A program made the translations under genes and the position numbers. Below, in pieces: positions 47,828-56,010 of a stretch of DNA of 64,000 nt. Where the stretch lies: assembly GCA_965140445.1 (NCBI GenBank), contig OZ223236.1, forward strand, positions 3,872,001-3,936,000, written 5' to 3'. The DNA comes from Candidatus Ozemobacteraceae bacterium (lineage in GTDB: Bacteria; Muiribacteriota; Ozemobacteria; Ozemobacterales; Ozemobacteraceae). How positions within the stretch are numbered: position 1 is the stretch's first letter; each line of letters opens with the position of its first letter. The notes under the pieces are model-generated. The model worked only from the letters and a program-made list of their open reading frames with translations. It ran no database searches and was not told the DNA's origin.

Positions 47828-49066
47828 ATGGCAATCGTACGACCTTTTAAAGGGCTTAGACCCACCAAAGAAATCGCACCAAAACTAGCGTCTTTTCCAT
47901 ATGACGTAATCAACTCAGAGGAAGCAAGAGAAATAGCAGGAAACAATCCTCATTCTTTCCTTCATGTTGTTAAGCCAGAGATTGATCTGGAACCAGGCGT
48001 AAACATCTATGACCAGAAGGTCTATGACAAAGCCGTAGAAAATTTCAAGATGTTCCAGGAAAAAGGTTATCTGGTAAGAGATGAGCAGGATTGCTTATAT
48101 ATTTATAAACAAGTCATGGATGGAAGATCCCAAATTGGCCTCATGTGCTGTACCAGCGCAAAGGAATACTGGGACGGAAAAATCAAACGACATGAGTTTA
48201 CAAGAAAAGTAAAAGAAGAAGATAGACTTAAACATGTTGACATGACCAATGCTAATGCTGGTCCTGTTTTCCTTACCTACCCCGCCCAGGACGACATTAA
48301 CAATCTTATAAATGAAGCTATTAAAGCAGCTCCGGAATTTGACTTCACATCAGAAGATGGCATTCAGCACAGCCTTTGGGTAGTAAAAGATGCTGCCTGG
48401 ATAAAAAATATTACAGAAGCTTTTGCCAAAGTTCCTGCGCTTTATGTTGCAGATGGCCATCACAGAACTCAGGCCGCTGGCCGCATAGCAAATTTGAGAG
48501 CAGAAAAAAATCCTAACCACACTGGTGAAGAAGAATACAATTTCTTTTTGTCTGTTGTATTCCCACACAACCACCTTTACATTATGGATTACAACCGCGC
48601 AGTAAAAGATCTTAATGGTCTTTCAGAAGAAGAATTCCTCAAAAAGGTTGAAGAAAAATTTGAAATCGAAAAACTCGATTACAAAAAACCAGAAAAAATG
48701 AATACATTTGGCATGTATCTTAAGGGTACATGGTATAAACTCACAGCAAAACCTGGAACCTTTGATGCCAATGATCCGGTTAACAGCCTTGATGTAGCAA
48801 TCATGCAAAACAATCTTCTGTCACCAATACTTGGCATCGGTGACCCTAGAACCGATGACCGAATTGATTTCATTGGCGGTATCAGAGGAATTGGCGAGTT
48901 AGAAAAAATAGTTAACAATGGAAAATTTGTTGTTGCTTTTGCCATGTTCCCGACTTCAATTGAACAGCTGATGAGAATCGCTGACAGCGGCGAAGTTATG
49001 CCACCAAAATCAACCTGGTTTGAACCAAAACTTAGATCTGGAATGGTTGTACACACATACGACTGA
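47828..49066 (+). CDS. DUF1015 family protein
   Basis: RPFKGLRP, PYDVI, IKRHEFTR, YVADGHHR, MPPKSTWFEPKLRSG; start ATG 47828 after AAGGAGAGG. Confidence 0.9.
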   Translation: MAIVRPFKGLRPTKEIAPKLASFPYDVINSEEAREIAGNNPHSFLHVVKPEIDLEPGVNIYDQKVYDKAVENFKMFQEKGYLVRDEQDCLYIYKQVMDGRSQIGLMCCTSAKEYWDGKIKRHEFTRKVKEEDRLKHVDMTNANAGPVFLTYPAQDDINNLINEAIKAAPEFDFTSEDGIQHSLWVVKDAAWIKNITEAFAKVPALYVADGHHRTQAAGRIANLRAEKNPNHTGEEEYNFFLSVVFPHNHLYIMDYNRAVKDLNGLSEEEFLKKVEEKFEIEKLDYKKPEKMNTFGMYLKGTWYKLTAKPGTFDANDPVNSLDVAIMQNNLLSPILGIGDPRTDDRIDFIGGIRGIGELEKIVNNGKFVVAFAMFPTSIEQLMRIADSGEVMPPKSTWFEPKLRSGMVVHTYD

Positions 49067-49082
49067 TCCTGATAAAGATTTT

Positions 49083-49112
49083 AAAAGCCGTTCCATCTGG
49101 AGCGGCTTTTTT
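49083..49112 (+). terminator. intrinsic terminator
   Basis: AAAAGCCG-TTCCATCTGGAG-CGGCTTTTTT. Confidence 0.8.
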
Positions 49113-49215
49113 ATTGCCATTTATTTAATTCAAATCCATTTCATATTTTTTGGAACAGTCCGTTTTATTTACTTTCGTTTTGGGTTATCCTGATAGCTGA
49201 ACAAAAGGAAATTAT

Positions 49216-49827
49216 ATGTTAACAATTTATCTAACAATACATGCAACATCAACCTGGAATGAAGCCGGTTTAATGCAGGGCCAGAATAATACCCCTCTTA
49301 GTGAAAAAGGTCGGGAAATGGCAGCCAGGCTTTCTGAGGCATTCCAACCTGGCGAACTAGACAGAGTTGTATCCAGTGATCTACAGCGGGCTATTGAAAC
49401 CGCAACCCCGCTTGCAGATAAACTAGGATTAAAAGTTGAAACATTTCAAGAGTTACGAGAAGGCAGATGGGCTAAAAAAGATACTCAGCCAGGCATTGAA
49501 ATGCTACCTGCAAATTATGGAACCGAAACTCGTGCACAAGCAAGGGACAGAATGATCGCGTTCATGGAGCATTTCTCTAGCCTGGATAAGCCAGAAATCA
49601 ACCAGAAAATATTAATGATCGCTCATAGTGCAACTGTAAAAGATTTTATCGAATATCTCCAAAAAAAGTTATCTACAACAGACAATGAAAAGTTTGAGTA
49701 TAAACCTTTCAGAACAGCTCTAAATAAACTCATTTTCAAAAATGGAATATGGGAAATCGAGTATCTAAACAAAGACCACCATTTAAAAGGAATCTCAGAA
49801 CAGGCGAGATTATTCAACGCAGGATAG
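49216..49827 (+). CDS. histidine phosphatase superfamily protein
   Basis: TIHATSTWN (RHG variant), QGQNNTPLSEKG, SSDLQRAIETA, LREG, IAHS. Confidence 0.8.
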   Translation: MLTIYLTIHATSTWNEAGLMQGQNNTPLSEKGREMAARLSEAFQPGELDRVVSSDLQRAIETATPLADKLGLKVETFQELREGRWAKKDTQPGIEMLPANYGTETRAQARDRMIAFMEHFSSLDKPEINQKILMIAHSATVKDFIEYLQKKLSTTDNEKFEYKPFRTALNKLIFKNGIWEIEYLNKDHHLKGISEQARLFNAG

Positions 49828-49861
49828 TTTTCTTTGAATAATCTTTGTTGACGGAGGACAA

Positions 49862-50734
49862 ATGAAAAATCCAATTCAACGAATTGCAGCAATCCACGAT
49901 TTATCTGGCTTCGGAAAAGTTTCTTTAACTGTAGCCATCCCAATTTTATCAACAATGGGTTTTCAAGTGTGCCCTTTACCAACGGCCATTTTATCTACAA
50001 ACACAGAAATTAAAGGATTCAAATTTGTAGATCTCACAGCTTTCATGCCAGATTTTATTTCCCATTGGAAGACGTTAGATTTAAAATTTGATGGTATCTA
50101 CAGTGGCTTTTTAGGTTCCCATCACCAGATCAAAATGGTTGAATCCTTTATTGAAGATTTTAAACAAAACGATCAGATTATAGTTGTAGATCCGGTTCTT
50201 GGAGATGATGGCTGTTTGTATGAATCCATGACGGCTGACATGGTAAATGAAATGAAAAAACTCATAGAAAAAGCCAGAGTAATTACCCCAAATATGACTG
50301 AAGCCTGTGCACTACTAGGAAAATCATATAGCCATGACATAGGAGAATCACAAACTAAAGATTACTTACGTGCGCTAACCGACAGAGGTCCTGAGATTGC
50401 GATTATTACAAATGTAATGAAAGATGAAAAGAAAAAGAAAACCTTTGTTTATGCCTATAATCGCAATCAAGAGAGATTTTGGAAAGTTTCGTGCGATTAT
50501 ATCCCTGCAAATTATCCGGGAACTGGTGACACATTTACAAGTGTTATAACTGGTAGTTTAATGCAGGGCGATAGTCTTCCAATAGCTCTGGATAGAGCAG
50601 TTCAGTTTATTTCCATGGCTATTAGAGCAACATTTGGTCATAATCACGACCCACGGAATGGAATTTTCCTTGAAAAGGTTCTGAACAACCTTAACTCTCC
50701 TATACAAAATGGTTGCTATCAACTTATAGACTAA
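49862..50734 (+). CDS. pdxK: pyridoxal/pyridoxamine kinase
   Basis: IHDLSGFGKVSL, YSGFLGS, DPVLGDDG, ITPNMTEA, GTGDTF. Confidence 0.88.
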   Translation: MKNPIQRIAAIHDLSGFGKVSLTVAIPILSTMGFQVCPLPTAILSTNTEIKGFKFVDLTAFMPDFISHWKTLDLKFDGIYSGFLGSHHQIKMVESFIEDFKQNDQIIVVDPVLGDDGCLYESMTADMVNEMKKLIEKARVITPNMTEACALLGKSYSHDIGESQTKDYLRALTDRGPEIAIITNVMKDEKKKKTFVYAYNRNQERFWKVSCDYIPANYPGTGDTFTSVITGSLMQGDSLPIALDRAVQFISMAIRATFGHNHDPRNGIFLEKVLNNLNSPIQNGCYQLID

Positions 50735-50783
50735 GAAACAGCAACCCAAAACTTAAAATAAAAAAAATGTTTCTGGAGATAAC

Positions 50784-51614
50784 GTGAAAGAATTAAGAAA
50801 AGTCATTTTTACTGATCTGGACGGCACCCTCCTGGGCAACGATGGAGTCATCGATCAGTCAGATCTTGATACCCTGCACGCACTCAAAAAACAAAACTGC
50901 ATAAGGGTTGCAGCTACTGGTCGCTCACTTTATTCATCACAAAAAGTCATTTCAGAGTCTTCCCCCTTTGATTATCTGGTTTTCTCTTCAGGAGCAGGAA
51001 TAATTGATTGTAAATCTGGCAAACTCATTCAATCTTTTCAATTAGTAAAAGAACAGGTTGATCGGGTATTTTCTGTAATTAAACAATTTAACGTGGACTT
51101 TGCCATACACCATCCGATCCCGGAAAACCATTTTTTCACCTGCTTTTCAAATACAACAAAAACAAATGATTTTAAGAGAAGATTAGATCATTACAAGAAT
51201 TTTGCAATCTTTTCCGATTCTTACCCGCACCAGACTGCTACACAGTTTTTAATAGTTAAAGAAAATGGTTTAGGGCTCTATCAAACTCTTTGTCAAAGCT
51301 TTGCAGACCTGAGTATTATCCGCAACTTTTCACCTCTGGATGGACAGACTCTGTGGATTGAGATTTTCCCAGGTGGAGTCTCAAAAGGAAGAGCCGCTAA
51401 ATGGCTGTGCAAACAACTATCAATAGATAACTCTCTTTCTATGAGCATTGGAAATGACTTTAACGATCTCGACATGCTTGAATGGACAAAATACAGTTAT
51501 GTTGTGGACAACGCCCCCATTGATTTAAAATCCCTTTTTAATAAAGTTGCCTCCCATGATAAGGGAGGATTTTCGGAAGCTGTAAAACATTGGCTAAAGG
51601 AGCTCGCCAAATGA
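50784..51614 (+). CDS. Cof-type HAD-IIB hydrolase
   Basis: TDLDGTLL, ATGR, VSKG, GNDFNDLDML. Confidence 0.88.
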   Translation: MKELRKVIFTDLDGTLLGNDGVIDQSDLDTLHALKKQNCIRVAATGRSLYSSQKVISESSPFDYLVFSSGAGIIDCKSGKLIQSFQLVKEQVDRVFSVIKQFNVDFAIHHPIPENHFFTCFSNTTKTNDFKRRLDHYKNFAIFSDSYPHQTATQFLIVKENGLGLYQTLCQSFADLSIIRNFSPLDGQTLWIEIFPGGVSKGRAAKWLCKQLSIDNSLSMSIGNDFNDLDMLEWTKYSYVVDNAPIDLKSLFNKVASHDKGGFSEAVKHWLKELAK

Positions 51615-52087
51615 TAACAATTGTTTCTGGGGACATAAACCAGGGCAAAACCAGCTGGATGAAAAAGCATTTCGAGTCCCAAAAAAAAGGCGATGGATTT
51701 TTGAGTATAAAAACCTTCGAAAAAAATGAGCACTCAGGCTATGATTTGATAAGGCTTTCTACAGGACAAAGCGTGCCCTTTATTCGAAAAGTTTCGCATC
51801 TCCCTCAAGATTGGCAAGAAAGTTTCAGGATAGGTTCTTTTTTTAGTTTTAACTTTGCTGGACTTGAATTTGCCCAAAAAATTGTAAACGAATCGATCCA
51901 GACTAACGAATCTCCGTTCTATTTTGATGAAGTTGGTCCCATGGAACTAGAGGGAAAATGCTTTGCGAATGACCTGGAATTACTATTAAGTTCAAAAATA
52001 GACATGATCATAGCAGTCAGATATTTTCTGGTAGATGATGTAATCAAGCGCTTTAAGATGGAAAACTACCAGTTACTTTCTTTGTAG
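51611..52087 (+). CDS. small P-loop NTPase (NTPase_1/DUF2478-like)
   Basis: ATGA overlap with the HAD stop; SGDINQGKTS, DGFLS, GYDL, DEVGPMELEG. Confidence 0.7.
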   Translation: MITIVSGDINQGKTSWMKKHFESQKKGDGFLSIKTFEKNEHSGYDLIRLSTGQSVPFIRKVSHLPQDWQESFRIGSFFSFNFAGLEFAQKIVNESIQTNESPFYFDEVGPMELEGKCFANDLELLLSSKIDMIIAVRYFLVDDVIKRFKMENYQLLSL

Positions 52088-52104
52088 AACTCAACACTTA
52101 TTAA

Positions 52105-52132
52105 TCAAACCTTGTGCATAATCTGCCGATAA
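52105..52132 (+). promoter_or_regulatory. second sigma28-type promoter candidate
   Basis: TCAAA-N15-GCCGATAA ending 7 nt before ATG 52140. Confidence 0.45.
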
Positions 52133-52139
52133 TTTATAC

Positions 52140-52652
52140 ATGGGTTGGCTTTTTAATAAAATAGGTGACTTTTTTACCGTTGATGATGGGTCTTTTCCTG
52201 AAATTTGTATTTGCCATTTAGATCAGGAAGAAATTGCTGACGGTTACCTTCTTATGCGCAATTCAGCCAGCTTTGTAGTCGGCGCACCAATGTTTCAAAA
52301 CCTTCTTGAGAATAGGGAAATGCCACTTAGCGAATGCGAAAACCCTGCAAAGCTAGTTTGTGAGGGAAACGCACGGCCATTTCACTTTATGCTTCGACAA
52401 CTCAAACTCGAAAATTGTGTAATACCAGAGCTTGGTATTTTTATTTTAGACAATGCTATTGCTCTGGACTTCCAAAAAGGAAGATATTGGGGTGAAAAAG
52501 AAATTGAAGGACTGTTCCTTCTTTTATATTGGCTTAGAAAAAACTCTACTAAATCAATTATTCGCCTGGAAGATATTCTTAATCCTGCTGACAAAGAAAA
52601 TTTCTTTGCCGCTTACGATGAATTTACTTTTAAACTTCAACAACCAGACTGA
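52140..52652 (+). CDS. hypothetical protein
   Basis: 170-aa ORF (DDGSFPEI, IPELGIFI, LDFQKG..WG); no SD sequence. Confidence 0.65.
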   Translation: MGWLFNKIGDFFTVDDGSFPEICICHLDQEEIADGYLLMRNSASFVVGAPMFQNLLENREMPLSECENPAKLVCEGNARPFHFMLRQLKLENCVIPELGIFILDNAIALDFQKGRYWGEKEIEGLFLLLYWLRKNSTKSIIRLEDILNPADKENFFAAYDEFTFKLQQPD

Positions 52653-52697
52653 AACTGGTAGAATCAATAAAATTCATCAAAAGTCGCAGAATGGAAT

Positions 52698-54596
52698 ATG
52701 CAAAAATTTACCATTAAAAATCGTTTACAATATGCCTTTGACAACTTTATGGCAAAAGGCTTTTTTGCCCTTATAACAGCTCTTGGAGCAGTTTCTTTTT
52801 TACTCATCCTTATCTCTGCCGGTTTGGTTTGTATAACTGGCTGGGCACCTGATGAAGTTGCAAAACTTGGCTTTTCAGAAGCATTCTGGGCCAGCTTAAT
52901 GCGCACGTTGGATCCCGGAACCATGGGAGGGGATACAGGCTGGGGTTTCAGAATTATTATGTTCGGCGTAACTCTTGGTGGCATCTTCGTGATAAGCACC
53001 CTGATCGGCGTTCTAAACAATGCATTGGAAACAAAGCTTGATCAACTCCGTAAGGGTCGATCATGTGTAATAGAAGAAGATCACACACTCATTCTGGGGT
53101 GGTCCCCACAAATTTTTACAATTTTAAAAGAGCTAATTATTGCTAATGAAAATAGAGAAAATGCCTGTATTGTAATCCTGGGCGAACCCGATAAAATTCA
53201 GATGGAAGATGAAATCAGAGAAAAAATAACTGATTTCAAAAACACTCATATTGTTTGTAGAAGCGGAGATCCAATCGATGTTGACGATCTTGAAATTGTT
53301 AACCCTCAAACAAGTCGCTCAATTATAATCTTACCACCAGAAGGCACTAACCCAGACGCAATAGTTATTAAAACGATACTGGCAATAACCAAAAGTCAGA
53401 ACCGACGCAAGGAACCCTACCATATCGTTGCCCAAATTCATGATCCAAAAAACATGGAAGTAGCAAAAATGGTAGGAAAAGATGAGGTTGAGTTAATTCA
53501 GATTTCTGACCTGATATCAAGATTAATAGCGCAAACCTGCAGACAATCTGGCTTATCAATTGTTTATTCAGAACTTCTGGGCTACGACGGTGATGAAATA
53601 TATTTTCAGGAAGAACCAAAACTTGTTGGATCGACCTATGGCGAAGCTCTTTTCAAATACGAAGATTCATCAGTTATTGGAATTATGCCTACCAAAGGAA
53701 GCCCTCAAATTAATCCGCCAATGGAAACTGTTATTAATGTTGGCGACCAGATCATTGCCATCTCCGAGGATTTCAACACAGTAAAAATGTCTGGCAAAAA
53801 GGATTTCAAAATTTTTACCGATCGAATTTCTAATTCTGAACCAGATTCCCCTACCCCTGAAACCACCTTGGTTCTTGGATGGAACTGGAGAGCACCTGCT
53901 ATTATTCAGGAGCTAGACAATTACGTTGCTCCGGGTTCTTCTGTTCTTGTGGTATCTACAGAAACTGAAGCCCAAAATCTTATCGATCACAATTCTGAAA
54001 CTCTCATAAACCAAACTGTAACTTGCCAAATAGCTGATACTACCGACAGAAGAGTTTTAAACGAATTGGACGTAAGTTCTTTCAAGCATATAATAATTCT
54101 TAGTTATTCCGATAAACTTGAACCTCAGGAAGCTGATTCTGTATCCCTTATTACCCTGCTTCATTTACGAGATATCACCAAAGAACTTCGTTACCCAATG
54201 TCAATTGTCAGTGAAATGCTGGATCAACGAAACCGCTCTTTATCAGAAGTTGCACAGGTTGATGACTTCATTGTAAGCAATCAATTTATTAGCCTTGTAG
54301 TTACTCAGGTTTCTCAAAATAAACATCTAAACACAGTTTTTAAGGATCTTTTTGACGCAGATGGCTCAGAAACATACCTGAAATTGGCTAAAAACTACGT
54401 GGAACTAGGAAAACCGGTAAACTTTTATACCGTTATTGAATCTGCAAGGAAAAAGGGTGAAACAGCAATCGGCTATCACCTTAAGTCTGTTAAACAAACG
54501 CAGGAAAACTGCTACGGAATAACAATCAACCCCAAAAAAGACAAGGAAATTGTTTTCGGAGATTGGGATAGAATCATAGTGTTAGCAGAAGACTAA
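52698..54596 (+). CDS. CASTOR/POLLUX (DMI1)-like cation channel with RCK domains
   Basis: TM-pore FWASLMRTLDPGTMGGD-TM; LRKGRS.VIEEDHTLILGWS; QTCRQSGLS.VY.ELL.YDGDEIYF. Confidence 0.85.
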   Translation: MQKFTIKNRLQYAFDNFMAKGFFALITALGAVSFLLILISAGLVCITGWAPDEVAKLGFSEAFWASLMRTLDPGTMGGDTGWGFRIIMFGVTLGGIFVISTLIGVLNNALETKLDQLRKGRSCVIEEDHTLILGWSPQIFTILKELIIANENRENACIVILGEPDKIQMEDEIREKITDFKNTHIVCRSGDPIDVDDLEIVNPQTSRSIIILPPEGTNPDAIVIKTILAITKSQNRRKEPYHIVAQIHDPKNMEVAKMVGKDEVELIQISDLISRLIAQTCRQSGLSIVYSELLGYDGDEIYFQEEPKLVGSTYGEALFKYEDSSVIGIMPTKGSPQINPPMETVINVGDQIIAISEDFNTVKMSGKKDFKIFTDRISNSEPDSPTPETTLVLGWNWRAPAIIQELDNYVAPGSSVLVVSTETEAQNLIDHNSETLINQTVTCQIADTTDRRVLNELDVSSFKHIIILSYSDKLEPQEADSVSLITLLHLRDITKELRYPMSIVSEMLDQRNRSLSEVAQVDDFIVSNQFISLVVTQVSQNKHLNTVFKDLFDADGSETYLKLAKNYVELGKPVNFYTVIESARKKGETAIGYHLKSVKQTQENCYGITINPKKDKEIVFGDWDRIIVLAED

Positions 54597-54617
54597 GCTA
54601 AATCCAAAAGCTATAAC

Positions 54618-55898
54618 CTATTCAACGACCCTTGTTTCGCAAAGCTTGTCGTAAAGGGTTTTCTTTTCGCTTCCAAAGATCATTAAAACACCAAATAAAG
54701 CAATGCAGGAAACAAGAAAAAGAGCCCCGCGTTTAGCTAAAAGTCCAAAACCTATGTCGGAGTTCCCGTCAGCCATAGTAATGGCTGTGCCGGCTGCTAT
54801 TTGCCCTGGAGTGGCCTTTTTAAACTTCCAGAACAAAACCAGATATATCCAGGCTTGAATCACAGGAAAAAAGATACTCGCAGAAACAAACTTTTCAAAT
54901 ATCCCTCGGCGACGAATCATAACATCCTTCCCATCTATTCGACCATACTCCCAATTGTATAGCGCGCCAACACTGCTTTCTGAGTTCACAACCACATATG
55001 CGGGGCCGAAAAAGATTCTTTCGGTGGGCCACCATGCTATTCCCATCAAAAAGACTATGAGTAAAAGTATGACTGAATCTATGCAAAAGCTTTTAAAACG
55101 CTTTGCAACTGATGCATCTTTGAGTTCTTTCTTTTCCAGAACACTTTTCTGGTTAAAAGTGCTTACAAGTTTTTGCTGAATGTTTCCAATGTGTTCAGTT
55201 GCCTTATTTATATTATCTCCCCAGTTTGTTTGCTTTAGAAAGCTGCCAATATTTTCCTTCCACTCATCAAATTGCTTGGAAGCGGCCATTCTATCCATAG
55301 CTCCAGGGTTAATAACTTTTTCTACAAGCTTCAGAAGCTGCATTGGAAGTTTATTTAGTTTTTGTTTCTCAAGTGGAACACTAAAGACATTTATTGGCTC
55401 TGGAACTCCCTTAAGAACCTGTGGACCAATTTTTTCTGCCACGATTTCTGTTCGATCCATCAGCAACCAGGTAGATTCACTAATTCCGATAGTCCCACCG
55501 GGAAAGCACTCCAATCCTTCCATCCGCGCAGTTATGTTTACCGCATTTCCAAAAATATCGTTTTCCTCAATGCTTACGTCTCCAGAATTAATAACAACTC
55601 TGAGATTCAAATGCTTGGATTCATCTTCAAGGCGTTGGTTGTATTCCTTAAGTAATAATTGAATAATGATTGCGCAAATTACGGCATCGGTTGCGCTTGG
55701 AAATGTGCATAAGAAGGCATCTCCGATAGACTTAATAACAGTTCCGCCATAAAACTCAATAACCGGCCTCATCAGCTGGTTATGGCGACGAATCAAATCA
55801 ATTATTTCTTCTCTGGTTGCTGTAGCAGCGGTGTTTGAATACCCCTGAATATCGGTCAACATTATGGAAAGGTTCTGGGATCTTACAGCTGGTGGCAT
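54618..55898 (-). CDS. class III adenylate cyclase fused to an RDD-like membrane domain
   Basis: IMLTDIQGYS, IKSIGDAFL, DIFGNAVNITARME; ASVAKRFKSFCID...ATPGQ...KTLYDKLCETRVV. Confidence 0.85.
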   Translation of the reverse strand: MPPAVRSQNLSIMLTDIQGYSNTAATATREEIIDLIRRHNQLMRPVIEFYGGTVIKSIGDAFLCTFPSATDAVICAIIIQLLLKEYNQRLEDESKHLNLRVVINSGDVSIEENDIFGNAVNITARMEGLECFPGGTIGISESTWLLMDRTEIVAEKIGPQVLKGVPEPINVFSVPLEKQKLNKLPMQLLKLVEKVINPGAMDRMAASKQFDEWKENIGSFLKQTNWGDNINKATEHIGNIQQKLVSTFNQKSVLEKKELKDASVAKRFKSFCIDSVILLLIVFLMGIAWWPTERIFFGPAYVVVNSESSVGALYNWEYGRIDGKDVMIRRRGIFEKFVSASIFFPVIQAWIYLVLFWKFKKATPGQIAAGTAITMADGNSDIGFGLLAKRGALFLVSCIALFGVLMIFGSEKKTLYDKLCETRVVE

Positions 55899-55945
55899 AG
55901 TATCCTCTTTGAAACAAGTTTTCCCACATGATACTAAATTTGTCT

Positions 55946-55992
55946 AAAATATCAAAGCACAGCCTTGAATCAGCTGTGCTTTGATATTTTTT
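55946..55992. terminator. intrinsic terminator
   Basis: AAAATATCAAAGCACAGC...GCTGTGCTTTGATATTTT 18-bp stem. Confidence 0.8.
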
Positions 55993-56010
55993 AACGGAAT
56001 GTAACTTAGA

